The translations under genes and the position numbers were made by a program. A stretch of DNA of 64,000 nucleotides from Candidatus Dadabacteria bacterium (GTDB lineage: Bacteria > Desulfobacterota_D > UBA1144 > Nemesobacterales > CSP1-2). Positions 30,031 to 40,736 of this stretch are shown here, one piece after another. The notes beneath the pieces are model-generated. The model saw only the letters and a list, made by a program, of their open reading frames with translations, made no database searches and was not told where the DNA came from. Numbering within the stretch: the first letter of the stretch is position 1; each line of letters opens with the position of its first letter. The DNA is taken from contig CAWDVW010000007.1 in assembly GCA_963805855.1 (NCBI GenBank), positions 663,605-727,604 of the forward strand. Direction: 5' to 3'.

Positions 30031-32952
30031 ATGGCTTATTTAAAACACCTTGCATTCTTTCTTCTTTTAGGTTCTCATTTGGCATACGCATATCCTGTAT
30101 GCGAACTGGATGTCAAGGTAGATGTATCAAACTCCAAAATCGTTGGGAAAATGGAAATAATTCCAGATAAAAAGCAGTCACTGGTGTTAACCACAAAAAA
30201 TTTAAACATTATAGAGACTGATAAAATCTCCAATTCGCAATATCTAGACGAGATAAGAATAGAAGGGGATCAAAATGATCATATTATCATAGAGTTTACC
30301 GCGACGTTCGAAAACAACTCCTCTCAGAATTATGTTGGTGAAAACGGTGTATTCCTCGTGGGCGACTGGTATCCGCTCTTGCGCACTCCCTGTTATTATA
30401 AGCTTTCGGCCACGCTGCCAGAAGGATACTTAGCGGTTTCGGAAGCTGAGCAAATCGAAGAAGTTAGAGAGAACAACGACACTACATTTAATTTTAGTTT
30501 CCCTCATCCTGTAGATCACATACATCTTGTGGCTTCCAATAGATTTATTGCAAATAGGGAAAAGCACAAGAACATTGATATCTACACATACTTTTTTGTT
30601 GAAGACAAAGGCTATTCAAAAACATACATCGATTATTCCAAAGGATACATTGATCTATATGATAATTTATTTGGTGAATTCCCATACAAAAGGTTCTCTA
30701 TTGTTGAAAATGTTTTTCCTACCGGATACTCGATGCCAACCTTTACCCTCCTTGGCCGGAGCGTTATAAGGCTTCCCTTTATTGTCGAAACGTCTTTGGG
30801 ACATGAGATACTTCATCAATGGCTTGGGAATTATGTCTATGTGGACTTCGAGAAAGGTAACTGGAGCGAAGGGCTTACGACATATCTAGCAGACCATTAT
30901 TATGCGGAACAGAAGGGAAACGGACCCGATTATAGGAAAAAGCTTCTAATAAATTATCAATCATTCGTAGATCAGGAGAATAACTACCCGTTGAGAACCT
31001 TCCAAGGGGTCTCAGACGAAAAATCTAGAGCCATTGGCTATGGAAAATCTGCAATGGTTTTTCATCTCCTGAAGCGAGCTGTAGGTGAACGTAACTTTCA
31101 AAATTCAATAAAAGACTTCATTTCTAAAAATCGGTTTGATACAGCAGACTGGGATGATATAAAAGCGAGCTTTGAAAAAATGAATAATATGGATCTGGGT
31201 TGGTTTTTCGATCAATGGTTAAATAAGAAAGGACTGCCCGAGCTAGAAATTAAGAGCACCAAACTTAGTCATGAAAACGGTCAGTACCTGCTCGAGATCG
31301 AGCTGTCACAGAATGGGAGCGGGTATCGGTTGGACGTACCGCTGACAATTTATTTGGATGATCATACAAAAACAAAGCAAATTCTCAAACTCACGAAAGA
31401 CGTCGAAACATTTAAAATTAATCTGGATACCAAACCCCAAAGAGTCGTTATAGACGAAGACTACGACGTACCAAGAAAACTTTCAGAGCCCGAATTTCCA
31501 CCGGTCATATCGAGGATAATGGGTGAGAGAAGAATTATCTTCGTATTGGAACAGGATGAAAAACCGCTGTATCAAACATTCATCGATTTGTTTGACGACA
31601 AACAGATAGAATTTAAAACATCAGAAGACATAGAGCTCGATGACTTAAAATCCAGTACCTTGATTGTGCTTGGAAAGACCAACCCGCTCATAAAAAGAAT
31701 ATTTGGAGGAACTGAACTAGATGAGGAAGGTTTCAACATCATTGTGAAAGAAAACCCGTTCAATGAGCAAAAGGTAATAGCGCTGGTCAACGGGGAATCA
31801 AAAGAAGAAGTAGAAGCAGCAGTAAAAAAGATTCCCCATTACGGCATTTACTCAATCCTAAAGTTTAAAGATGGAAAAAATGTGACGAAGGAAATAGCCC
31901 TATCTGAGAATGGAATTAAGGCTGATATAAATGAAATTGAGAAAGAAGATTCAATACAAAGTGAACCAGACTTGGCGAAAATAGTAGATGACATTAAGGA
32001 TAAAAAGATCATTTTTATCGGGGAAGAACATGACAAGCCCGCGCACCATATGAATCAATTGAAGATAATAAAGGGGCTCTACAAAATGAATGGAAACCTG
32101 GCGATAGGAATGGAAATGTTCGAAAAACCCTTCCAGCAATTCATAAATGATTATTTAAGTGGAAACATAGACGAAAGACAATTCCTGAAAAAAACAGAAT
32201 ATTTCAAGAGATGGGGCTTGGATTACAGGCTTTACAGACCTATTATCAATTTCGCAAAGGAGAACAAAATACCTGTCATCGCATTGAATGCCGAGAGTGA
32301 AATTGTAAAAAAGGTATCTGAAAACGGTCTCCAGTCCTTAACCGACGAAGAGCGCAGTACGATTCCTGACGAGATGGACTTCTCTGAGTCGCAATACAGG
32401 ACGCTCCTAAGAGAAATATTCAAATTCCATCCGGGATCAGAGGAAAAAGATTTCAACCTCTTCTACCAGGTTCAAATACTTTGGGACGAAACTATGGCAG
32501 AATCCATCTATGAATTTGTAAAAGGAAATCCAGATTTCCAGATGGTGGTTTTAGCAGGAAACGGCCACCTCTTATACGGTTTCGGTATACCAAAGAAAAC
32601 ATACAGAAGGACTGGACTTCAATACTCGATAATATTAAACGACGAGGAAGATGGCGATGATGTTGCTGATTTCCTGCTCTTCCCCGAAGTGCTAGAAGCA
32701 CCGGAATCTCCTAAATTGGGAATTCTTGTCGATAAAGACAGTGAAGAAGTTAAAATAAATGACTTCTCGGAAGAAAGCATAGCAAAAATATCTGGTCTAA
32801 AAAAAGGAGACACCATTTTGTCTTTCGATAACAATCCAATCGGCTCTATAGAAGACCTGAAGATAAACCTCCTCTATAAAGAAAAGGGAGACACAGCCAT
32901 CATCAAAGTTTTAAGAGACGGAAAAGAAGAAACATTCAAAATAAAGTTTTGA
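30031..32952 (+). CDS. Exported fusion: M1-family metallopeptidase + ChaN-like domain + PDZ
   Basis: HEILHQW...WSEG zinc motif; IFIGEEHD, IGMEMF, WDETMAE and LAGNGH (ChaN); C-terminal GLKKGDTIL PDZ. Confidence 0.85.
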   Translation: MAYLKHLAFFLLLGSHLAYAYPVCELDVKVDVSNSKIVGKMEIIPDKKQSLVLTTKNLNIIETDKISNSQYLDEIRIEGDQNDHIIIEFTATFENNSSQNYVGENGVFLVGDWYPLLRTPCYYKLSATLPEGYLAVSEAEQIEEVRENNDTTFNFSFPHPVDHIHLVASNRFIANREKHKNIDIYTYFFVEDKGYSKTYIDYSKGYIDLYDNLFGEFPYKRFSIVENVFPTGYSMPTFTLLGRSVIRLPFIVETSLGHEILHQWLGNYVYVDFEKGNWSEGLTTYLADHYYAEQKGNGPDYRKKLLINYQSFVDQENNYPLRTFQGVSDEKSRAIGYGKSAMVFHLLKRAVGERNFQNSIKDFISKNRFDTADWDDIKASFEKMNNMDLGWFFDQWLNKKGLPELEIKSTKLSHENGQYLLEIELSQNGSGYRLDVPLTIYLDDHTKTKQILKLTKDVETFKINLDTKPQRVVIDEDYDVPRKLSEPEFPPVISRIMGERRIIFVLEQDEKPLYQTFIDLFDDKQIEFKTSEDIELDDLKSSTLIVLGKTNPLIKRIFGGTELDEEGFNIIVKENPFNEQKVIALVNGESKEEVEAAVKKIPHYGIYSILKFKDGKNVTKEIALSENGIKADINEIEKEDSIQSEPDLAKIVDDIKDKKIIFIGEEHDKPAHHMNQLKIIKGLYKMNGNLAIGMEMFEKPFQQFINDYLSGNIDERQFLKKTEYFKRWGLDYRLYRPIINFAKENKIPVIALNAESEIVKKVSENGLQSLTDEERSTIPDEMDFSESQYRTLLREIFKFHPGSEEKDFNLFYQVQILWDETMAESIYEFVKGNPDFQMVVLAGNGHLLYGFGIPKKTYRRTGLQYSIILNDEEDGDDVADFLLFPEVLEAPESPKLGILVDKDSEEVKINDFSEESIAKISGLKKGDTILSFDNNPIGSIEDLKINLLYKEKGDTAIIKVLRDGKEETFKIKF

Positions 32953-33176
32953 ATTTATAAGCATTGACTAATATTGGCGGCCTTTAATTTGTCAGAACAT
33001 CGATGAAATTATATGCACTGAATGTTAAATCTATGTATATTTCGCAACACACTGGCCAAGCACAAGTCGATATTTGACTGAACGGGCCAAGACAATTTAT
33101 TAGTAAAACTTCATAAATAGTGCGGCTTTTCAACACCACCCAAATCAAATAATATAGTAATAACCATTTCGATATC

Positions 33177-33860
33177 ATGCCAGATACAAAATCCATCTTT
33201 AATTCAGTAGCAAAAAACTATGACCTGCTCAACACAATTTTCAGCATGGGTAGGGACAAGGGGTGGAGAGAAAGACTGGCTAAGGAAGTAGCGGGTAGTG
33301 ATTATGTCCTTGATATTGCCACTGGCACTGGTGAGGTTTTGATTGAGATCTTGAAAAATAATAACCAAGGGAACGGAATCGGTCTCGATCCCAGCGCTCA
33401 AATGTTAGTTCTCGGGCAAAAGAAAATGAACTCCATGGGCTTAAACAAGAAAATAAATTTTATACAAGGGGTTGGTGAAAGCCTTCCATTCAGAGATAAT
33501 AGTTTTGATGCTATTACCATAGCCTTCGGAATAAGAAACACAGTGGATCCTCTTAAATCATTGAAAGAAATGAAGAGGGTTTTGAAACCAAAGGGGAAAT
33601 TGGGAATACTTGAATTTGCAGTCCCGAACAATAAAATTTTTGGGCCGATATATATGTATTACCTTAAACAATTTTTACCGCTCGTAGCATCGGTCTTCAA
33701 TAGAAGAGAGGAGTATCGATATCTCGGTGATTCAATTTCAATATTTCCAGACAGAGACAATTTTATTGGCCTCTTAAAAGAAGCCGGATTCCTTGTAGAA
33801 AAGTCGATAGAGTTAATGATCGGAACGGTAATTATATACTTAGCTTTCAAACCTCAATAG
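33177..33860 (+). CDS. ubiE: Ubiquinone/menaquinone biosynthesis C-methyltransferase (UbiE/MenG)
   Basis: FNSVAKNYDLLN, VLDIATGTG, AFGIRN and ILEF. Confidence 0.9.
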   Translation: MPDTKSIFNSVAKNYDLLNTIFSMGRDKGWRERLAKEVAGSDYVLDIATGTGEVLIEILKNNNQGNGIGLDPSAQMLVLGQKKMNSMGLNKKINFIQGVGESLPFRDNSFDAITIAFGIRNTVDPLKSLKEMKRVLKPKGKLGILEFAVPNNKIFGPIYMYYLKQFLPLVASVFNRREEYRYLGDSISIFPDRDNFIGLLKEAGFLVEKSIELMIGTVIIYLAFKPQ

Positions 33861-33976
33861 AATGCTGTTGGATATTGGCTTATTACTCCAGATTTTTGTT
33901 GTATGAAATATGAATTTATTGCTGTCCTTATATTCAGTATTGATTGATCATCAGAAGCAATAAGGATTACATTAAT

Positions 33977-34441
33977 ATGCTAAATACAAAGAACGGGAAA
34001 AATTTGATAACTGAAGAGATCGCAAAATATCTATCGGAAATAAAGATACCTATCAGGCTTGCCTGTATTACCGATGCAGGCTGGCCTTTAGTGACGTCTT
34101 TGTGGTTTGTATTTATGAACGATAAATTATATTGCGCAACTCAAAGGACAGCCAAAGTCATTGAATTTCTGAGTCAAAATCCGAGATGTGGTTTTGAAGT
34201 AGCATCCGATCAGCCTCCCTATCGCGGTGTCAGAGGTAAGGGAAGGGTAAAATTGAGTGAAGAAATGGGTCCAAAGGTACTAAGAACTCTTATGGACAGA
34301 TATCACATAAGAAAAGATTCGACCCTAGGAAAATTTCTTTTATCCAATTTAAATAACGAAATAGCAATAGAAATAGAACCCATAAGCATATTTAGATGGG
34401 ATTATTCAGACCGTATGGAGGACGCCAAGATAAAGCAATAA
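33977..34441 (+). CDS. Pyridoxamine 5'-phosphate oxidase-like flavin-binding protein
   Basis: RLAC...GWPLVTSLWF...K...NPR...PPYRGV split-barrel pattern; TAAGGA RBS. Confidence 0.75.
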   Translation: MLNTKNGKNLITEEIAKYLSEIKIPIRLACITDAGWPLVTSLWFVFMNDKLYCATQRTAKVIEFLSQNPRCGFEVASDQPPYRGVRGKGRVKLSEEMGPKVLRTLMDRYHIRKDSTLGKFLLSNLNNEIAIEIEPISIFRWDYSDRMEDAKIKQ

Positions 34442-34542
34442 TTTCAAATAAGAGGCGTGCTAAACTTTGAGAATGTGACATATATTGCACACACAAAAAT
34501 AGGATTAACATAAGATAAGATTTCAAGACAAAGTAAGTGCCG

Positions 34543-35859
34543 TCACTCATTATATTTCTCTTTTGCTAACCTGCTCATTTCATAATGGTTTACGATGGGC
34601 TTGTGATATGGAAGATCATGTTTCAATGGGTCATGAATTCCTTCTGGCTCAATATCTTTTAATTCAGGTATATACTTTTTTATATATACACAATCCGGGT
34701 CGTATCTCTCAGATTGTAGTATGGGATTGAAGATTCTCAAAGGCTTTGGATCAGCTCCCACGGAAGCAGCCCATTGCCAATTACCAATATCCACGGCTTC
34801 GTCATAATCAATGAGATAATCAAAGAAATGCCGGTCACCCATTCGCCAATCGATTAATAGGTCCTTCGTGAGAAATGAAGCTACTATCATCCTGACCCTG
34901 TTGTGTATCCAACCCTCCTCTTTCAGTTGCCTCATCCCCGCATCTACTATTGGGTATCCTGTACAACCCTCTTTCCAGGCCTCATACCACGCGTCGTTAT
35001 TGATCCATTTTATATTCCTTCTTTTCTCTTGAAACTCCAGATCTATCGTCTCGGGGAAATAATGCATTATGTGATACCAGAATTCCCTCCACGCAAGTTC
35101 TGAAATATAGGTCTCAGCTTTGGGTGTCTCTGATTGAACTCGACTGTAAATTTGCCGTATTGATACTATGCCAAACCTTATATAAGGAGAAAGCCTTGAG
35201 GTGCCGTCTGTATAAGGATAGTTTCTCGTGTTCGTATAATTTGAAAAGTCGAATTTTTTTAATCTATCTCGTGGAAAATTAATAGGCCATTTGCCGCTTG
35301 TCGAGAAACTCAGTCCCTTAATCACCTTATCAAAAGGTTGTTCGTTGATTTTCGGAGAATTAAACCTGCGAATCTCGAATAATTGAGGCCTCTTCTCAGT
35401 TTTCGACCATAACTTATAGAAAGGCGTAAAGACCTTGCGCTGCGGAATTCTTTCAGGTTCCACTAAGAGAGTGTCTTCAAACTCTCTTAATTCTATATTG
35501 TCACCCTGTAAAGTCCCTTTTAACTCACTATCTCTTCTCCTACCATAAAAACTGCAAGCCTTATTCACATAAACGGCGTCGACTCTATTTCTATACGCAA
35601 ATTTTGGAATTAGATCCTCAGGCCTTCCCTTCAGGACAACAAGATTGGAACCTAATCTAAGAAGGTCTTTTTTAAGATGCTTAATTGCCTCAATCGTGAA
35701 ACCAAGGCGCAGACTTCTATCCGGAAGATGTTCTAATATATTCTCATCAAGTATGAAAACGGGGATCACTTCCGAGCTATCGTGCACGGCATGGTAAAGA
35801 CCAGTATTGTTTCTTACCCGTAAATCCCTCCTGAACCAAAATATAGTCCTTCTGTGCAT
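34543..35859 (-). CDS. phrB: Deoxyribodipyrimidine photolyase (class I/III CPD type)
   Basis: WFRRDLR, TSRLSPYIRFG, WREF, TGYPIVDAGMRQL, HNRVRMIVASFL and RIFNP. Confidence 0.95.
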   Translation of the reverse strand: MHRRTIFWFRRDLRVRNNTGLYHAVHDSSEVIPVFILDENILEHLPDRSLRLGFTIEAIKHLKKDLLRLGSNLVVLKGRPEDLIPKFAYRNRVDAVYVNKACSFYGRRRDSELKGTLQGDNIELREFEDTLLVEPERIPQRKVFTPFYKLWSKTEKRPQLFEIRRFNSPKINEQPFDKVIKGLSFSTSGKWPINFPRDRLKKFDFSNYTNTRNYPYTDGTSRLSPYIRFGIVSIRQIYSRVQSETPKAETYISELAWREFWYHIMHYFPETIDLEFQEKRRNIKWINNDAWYEAWKEGCTGYPIVDAGMRQLKEEGWIHNRVRMIVASFLTKDLLIDWRMGDRHFFDYLIDYDEAVDIGNWQWAASVGADPKPLRIFNPILQSERYDPDCVYIKKYIPELKDIEPEGIHDPLKHDLPYHKPIVNHYEMSRLAKEKYNE

Positions 35860-36008
35860 ATTCGATTAAGCCAGACTCCTTAAGTACTCCGAATAGCTTA
35901 GTACAACGGAAACATAAGTTTATGAATTTTTAGAACTCTATGATCCTCAGATTATCCCGTTATACACGTTACAAAAATGTCAGCTTTCCGTTCTTTAATT
36001 TCTTCTCC

Positions 36009-37313
36009 CTACTTTTCAGAAAATAATTTAGTATCTTCACCGGTGATAAGTCTGGCACCGCGTTTTCGAGTAAAGTAATTCCAGGCCCACTGAACTAGTA
36101 CCAGAACCTTATTATCAAATTCGATAAGATAGCCAATGTGTATAAAAACCCAAATTAGCCACGCAAAAAACCCACTGAACCGAAATCTACCAAAATCTGC
36201 TACAGCGGCATTTCGTCCTATGACTGCAAGGCTTCCTTTGTTTTTATACCTAAAGGGCTGTATGTTCTCTCCTCTTAAACGGCTTTCCAATAGCTTTGCC
36301 ACATAAAGTCCTTCCTGCATGGCCACAGGGGCCACTCCTGGTAGTGGGTTTTCATCCTGATGGCTGAAACTCGCGAGGTCTCCGATAACAAAGATGTTGG
36401 GAAAGCCCGGAACGCTGAGATCCGGTTCAACCATAACGCGACCCGCCCCATCGAGTTTCGCTCCCATACGATCAGCAATGACGTTTCCGAGAGATGACGC
36501 TTTAACCCCAGCGGCCCATAGGATTGTTCTTGCTTGAATCGTTTCTCCTTTCCCGTCTTTAGAGAATGTGACGAAGCTTTTTTTGATATCAGTTACCATT
36601 GCATTCTTACTGACCGTAATTCCTAATCGTTCAAGCGATTCCTGGGCCTTTATCGACAATTCCTCTGGGTATGCAGGCAATATCCGGTCCGCTCCTTCCA
36701 ACAAGATTATCTCAGACTCGGATGTATCAATGTGTCTAAAATCGCTTCGTAAAGTACTTTGAGCAAGCTCCCCAATTGCACCTGCTAGTTCCACGCCAGT
36801 CGGTCCCGCTCCGATTATCACAAAGCGCATCCAGGACTGCTGTCGAGCTATATCATCTTCCCGCTCTGCCGCCTCAAACGCAAGAAATATGCGATGACGA
36901 ATATCAAGAGTGCTTTCAATGGTTTTTATTCCCGGGGCTATCTCTGCCCACTCATCATGACCAAAATAATTGTAAGTAGAACCGGTAGCAACTATTAGTG
37001 AATCGTAATTTAGCTCGCCATCTCTGAACGTGATTCTTCTATGTTCCGGGTCAAAATCAATTGCCTCCGCCTTTATAATCTCGATATTTTTATATTTCCG
37101 CAATACCGCTCTGAGCGGTGAAGCTATGTCACCCGGAGATAGCCCTCCGACCGCAATTTGATACAATAATGGTTGAAACAGATGAAAATTTCGCTTATCT
37201 ACAAGGGTTATCCTTGTATCGGTTTTTCCAAGAGCCTTTGCAGCATACAATCCACCAAATCCACCTCCTATTATTACTACATGGTGCTGGCTCATTTCCG
37301 TCTCTGAGAACAC
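36009..37313 (-). CDS. ndh: Type II NADH dehydrogenase family FAD oxidoreductase
   Basis: GGGFGG, FQPLLYQ, GAGPTGVELAG, VIGD and APVAMQEG. Confidence 0.88.
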   Translation of the reverse strand: MFSETEMSQHHVVIIGGGFGGLYAAKALGKTDTRITLVDKRNFHLFQPLLYQIAVGGLSPGDIASPLRAVLRKYKNIEIIKAEAIDFDPEHRRITFRDGELNYDSLIVATGSTYNYFGHDEWAEIAPGIKTIESTLDIRHRIFLAFEAAEREDDIARQQSWMRFVIIGAGPTGVELAGAIGELAQSTLRSDFRHIDTSESEIILLEGADRILPAYPEELSIKAQESLERLGITVSKNAMVTDIKKSFVTFSKDGKGETIQARTILWAAGVKASSLGNVIADRMGAKLDGAGRVMVEPDLSVPGFPNIFVIGDLASFSHQDENPLPGVAPVAMQEGLYVAKLLESRLRGENIQPFRYKNKGSLAVIGRNAAVADFGRFRFSGFFAWLIWVFIHIGYLIEFDNKVLVLVQWAWNYFTRKRGARLITGEDTKLFSEK

Positions 37314-37414
37314 TATATATTTACCCTTTCACAATCTGATCGTGAATCCCGGCACTCAAGGATTATAAGAGAAGTAATTTTTGGCTCTGCGAGCCAGCCG
37401 CAGGAGTAAATTAG

Positions 37415-38053
37415 TTACGGTGAAAGACGCTCTATAATCCAATCCCTCCCTCCGACTTGCCTGTACTTCAGTCGGTCATGGAGCCTATTTGGCCGGCCCT
37501 GCCAGAATTCAATTGTAGAATGCCTGAGTCGATAACCAACCCAATATGGGGGTCTTGGTATATCACGACCGCTATACAAGGCCTCTAATTCACTAAATCG
37601 ATCGTCGAGAGCCTCTCGGCTGCTAATGACCTGGCTTTGATTTGACGCCCATGCCGCAAGTTGACTCCCTCTAGGTCTGGTTTTAAAATATGAATCAGCC
37701 TCATTATCTGAAATTTCGTCAATTATTCCTTCTACACGAACCTGTCTTTCGAACAAAGGCCACCAGAATACGATTGCGACTCTGGCGTTTTGTGAAAATT
37801 CTTCACCCTTTCTGCTTTCTTGGTTGGTATAAAACACAAACCCTTCACTGTCGACATCCTTAAGAAGCATCATTCTCGCGGAAGGCTTGCCGTCTTTTGT
37901 GGCCGAAGCCACAGTCATAGCATCCGGCTGGATAGAATTAGAATTAAATGCGTCTTGATACCATTTCCTAAACTGAACGATCGGATCCGGATCCATATCT
38001 ATTTCCCTTAGTGCACCGAACTTATACTCTTCTTCCCTGTTTGCTTTATCCAC
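37415..38053 (-). CDS. pdxH: Pyridoxamine 5'-phosphate oxidase
   Basis: PSARMMLLK, FYTN.ESRKG, RQVRVEG and EFWQGRPNRLHDR. Confidence 0.97.
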   Translation of the reverse strand: MDKANREEEYKFGALREIDMDPDPIVQFRKWYQDAFNSNSIQPDAMTVASATKDGKPSARMMLLKDVDSEGFVFYTNQESRKGEEFSQNARVAIVFWWPLFERQVRVEGIIDEISDNEADSYFKTRPRGSQLAAWASNQSQVISSREALDDRFSELEALYSGRDIPRPPYWVGYRLRHSTIEFWQGRPNRLHDRLKYRQVGGRDWIIERLSP

Positions 38054-38207
38054 TGGTAAATTCCCCTATATTTTCAAGGAGTACTTTATGAAAAAAATAC
38101 GATCTATCTGATAATAACATAAGCATACAATACAAAGAGAGTATTTCTGACAAACTTATTAATTAATTTCGGATTAAACTAATGATCAGTCATAAAGAAC
38201 TACATCA

Positions 38208-39587
38208 TCAGACCTTAGGCTTGCCTAATAGATTCCTGAGAGATGCTTCTAAATCAGCAAATTGAAACTCATAGCCAGTCGACAACAACTTTGACGGCAT
38301 CACTCGAGTACTTGAAAGAAGCGTTTCGTCAGCCATTTCACCGAATAAAGCTCTTAATAGCAGAGAAGGTATCGCAAAAAAAGTAGGTCGATTGAGAACA
38401 TTCCCCAACGTCGTTGTGAATTCCAGGTTTGTAACCGCTTTCGGTGAAACAGCATTTACAGGCCCTTCAATAGAATCGTCATTGATGGCATGATAAGCTG
38501 CTCCAATTACATCATGAACTGAGATCCAACTCATCCACTGGCGCCCGCTACCGACTCTTCCACCAAGACCCACACGAAATGGGAGAAGCATCTTTTCGAG
38601 AGCACCGCCCCGTGGGCTCAAGACAACCCCCAATCGTAAATTAACCACACGAATCCCGGCTTTACTTGCTACTGTTGTGGCCGCCTCCCATTTCTTACTG
38701 ACATCGGCCAGAAATCCCTTCCCTGCTTCACTATCCTCTGTTAAAATCTCATCACCCCGATTACCGTAGAACCCAATGGCAGAAGCACATACCAACACAG
38801 CAGGCTTCTTCTTAAGCTTCTTCGAAAGTGTATTACATAAAAACTTAGTGGTGTGGATCCTGCTATGTTCTATTTTAGCCTTTTTTTGGTCTGTCCATCT
38901 GCCTGCAACATTTTCACCACTCAAATGTACCACTGCATCGAATCCCTCAAGTTTAGATGTGTCGATCTCACCTCTTTCAGGGTTCCAGTATAAATCATTC
39001 TCCCCAATTTTTGATTTGTCACGTTTAAGACAAGTTACACTGTGTACACCTGTAGAGAGAAACGGAATCAGTGAAGAACCTATCAGTCCTGTTGAACCGG
39101 TTATCAATACTTTCATAGGTTTTACTCCGTACTTCTTATGCGTTTTTATATCGTTCATAAGAGTACCATGACGGTATTCAAACAAGGTTTCAAGCTTTCT
39201 GATAACCAACTCATTCCCAAAGAGTTCACCCAACGTCCCCATGGGTAATAAAAATTTAACATTATCCTCCATGAAACACGCATTCGGGCCATCAGGAACA
39301 AATGTGTGTGTATGTTCCCAATGTTTAAATGGCCCTTTAATCTGTATGTCACAAAATTGCTTTTCTTCCTTATAATCCCTGTGCTCGATTAACCAAATCA
39401 TCGGGACCGGTCCAATCTTTGTTCTTATTACAACCCTTGAACCATCTTCTATTCCCCCACTCTTCTCTAAAACCTCTACATCCTCCCATGGCGGACTAAG
39501 CCTTTCAAAAGCACCGGGTTGTTTATGCCATTTAAATAGATCTTTAGCAGAGGTTCTAATACGTGAACGATAAGTAAAACTTTCCAT
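38208..39587 (-). CDS. SRPBCC + TIGR01777 epimerase-family fusion
   Basis: GPFKHWEHTH (SRPBCC); ITGSTGLIG, SAIGFYG and GSGRQWMSWI. Confidence 0.88.
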   Translation of the reverse strand: MESFTYRSRIRTSAKDLFKWHKQPGAFERLSPPWEDVEVLEKSGGIEDGSRVVIRTKIGPVPMIWLIEHRDYKEEKQFCDIQIKGPFKHWEHTHTFVPDGPNACFMEDNVKFLLPMGTLGELFGNELVIRKLETLFEYRHGTLMNDIKTHKKYGVKPMKVLITGSTGLIGSSLIPFLSTGVHSVTCLKRDKSKIGENDLYWNPERGEIDTSKLEGFDAVVHLSGENVAGRWTDQKKAKIEHSRIHTTKFLCNTLSKKLKKKPAVLVCASAIGFYGNRGDEILTEDSEAGKGFLADVSKKWEAATTVASKAGIRVVNLRLGVVLSPRGGALEKMLLPFRVGLGGRVGSGRQWMSWISVHDVIGAAYHAINDDSIEGPVNAVSPKAVTNLEFTTTLGNVLNRPTFFAIPSLLLRALFGEMADETLLSSTRVMPSKLLSTGYEFQFADLEASLRNLLGKPKV

Positions 39588-39662
39588 CTTTGTCTTTAAG
39601 TTAATATAAACGATTAATAAAAGATAAACGAACCAGAAAAAAGTAGCTCTTTGATAAATTAG

Positions 39663-40124
39663 CTAGACCAAACCCAACTCCTTTGCTTTTTCAATGATCT
39701 CATCGGCATGAGAATCAGCGTTAACTTTCTCCCATATGTACCTGATATTCCCTGATTTATCGACCAAGAATGTCTCTCGTTTTGCAGAACCGAACATACT
39801 CTTCACACCATATGCGTTAACGATATTCTTACCCTTGTCACTCAGAAGCGGGAAATTGAGTTTATATTTCTTTTTGAAGTTCTCATGAGATTTAACTCCA
39901 TCCGTGCTCACTCCCAATACCTGAATTCCATACTTCTCAAGATCTTTCATACCATCCCTAATTGAACAGGCTTCCTTGGTACACGTCGGGGTATTGTCCT
40001 TGGGATAAAAATAAAGAGCAACCACTTTTTTATCTCTAAAATCTTTCAGATTTATCTTCTCCCCTCCGTAGGTCTCAGCCTGAATATTCGGTGCCTCTTG
40101 TCCTACTTTCAATTTATTAGACAT
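39663..40124 (-). CDS. bcp: Peroxiredoxin BCP/PrxQ
   Basis: YFYPKDNTPTCTKEAC; GGAGG RBS before ATG 40124. Confidence 0.92.
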   Translation of the reverse strand: MSNKLKVGQEAPNIQAETYGGEKINLKDFRDKKVVALYFYPKDNTPTCTKEACSIRDGMKDLEKYGIQVLGVSTDGVKSHENFKKKYKLNFPLLSDKGKNIVNAYGVKSMFGSAKRETFLVDKSGNIRYIWEKVNADSHADEIIEKAKELGLV

Positions 40125-40252
40125 TCGAGAAAAACCTCCAAAGTAGTTTTTTAGATTTAATATGTAACGTATGATTCTTGGATAGTAATCCTGGCAACTC
40201 TTACATGTGTATTCCAAAAATCTAATCTTGAGGGCATGTCCATTAACAAACA

Positions 40253-40717
40253 TCAGGAAATTCGCCCGAATAATTCCTCTAACACTTTATACCTGTAATT
40301 AAATATATCTATTACCTTTTTATTTACAACTAAATTTCCAAATAGCCTACCAAAAAATCCAAAGGGCATCACGTAATGAACCAAATCCTGCATTTCAATT
40401 CCACTGGCAATCTCTCTGTAAAGGTGCTTATGATGCCAGAAACGATACGGACCAAAGCGCTGTTCATCAACGAACAAATGCGGCCTATCAACATGAGTTA
40501 TCTCTGTGACCCAGTTTACAGGAATACCAAGAAACGGACTTACATCGTACGTTATAATCATGCCTGGATACATCTCTTCGCGTATTTCAGAAGTAATTCT
40601 TAGAGCCAGCGATGGAGGAGTTATCAGTTCTAATTGCTTTGGATTAGAAAAGAAATCCCAGGCTTTTGTTATGGAAATTGGAAGTTTCTGAATTATACTA
40701 AAACTGAAAAGTTTCAT
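40253..40717 (-). CDS. SRPBCC family protein
   Basis: AWDFFSNP..L..ITPP, WVTEIT and FVDEQRFGPYRFWHH. Confidence 0.85.
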   Translation of the reverse strand: MKLFSFSIIQKLPISITKAWDFFSNPKQLELITPPSLALRITSEIREEMYPGMIITYDVSPFLGIPVNWVTEITHVDRPHLFVDEQRFGPYRFWHHKHLYREIASGIEMQDLVHYVMPFGFFGRLFGNLVVNKKVIDIFNYRYKVLEELFGRIS

Positions 40718-40736
40718 GATTTGAGAAAATAACACC

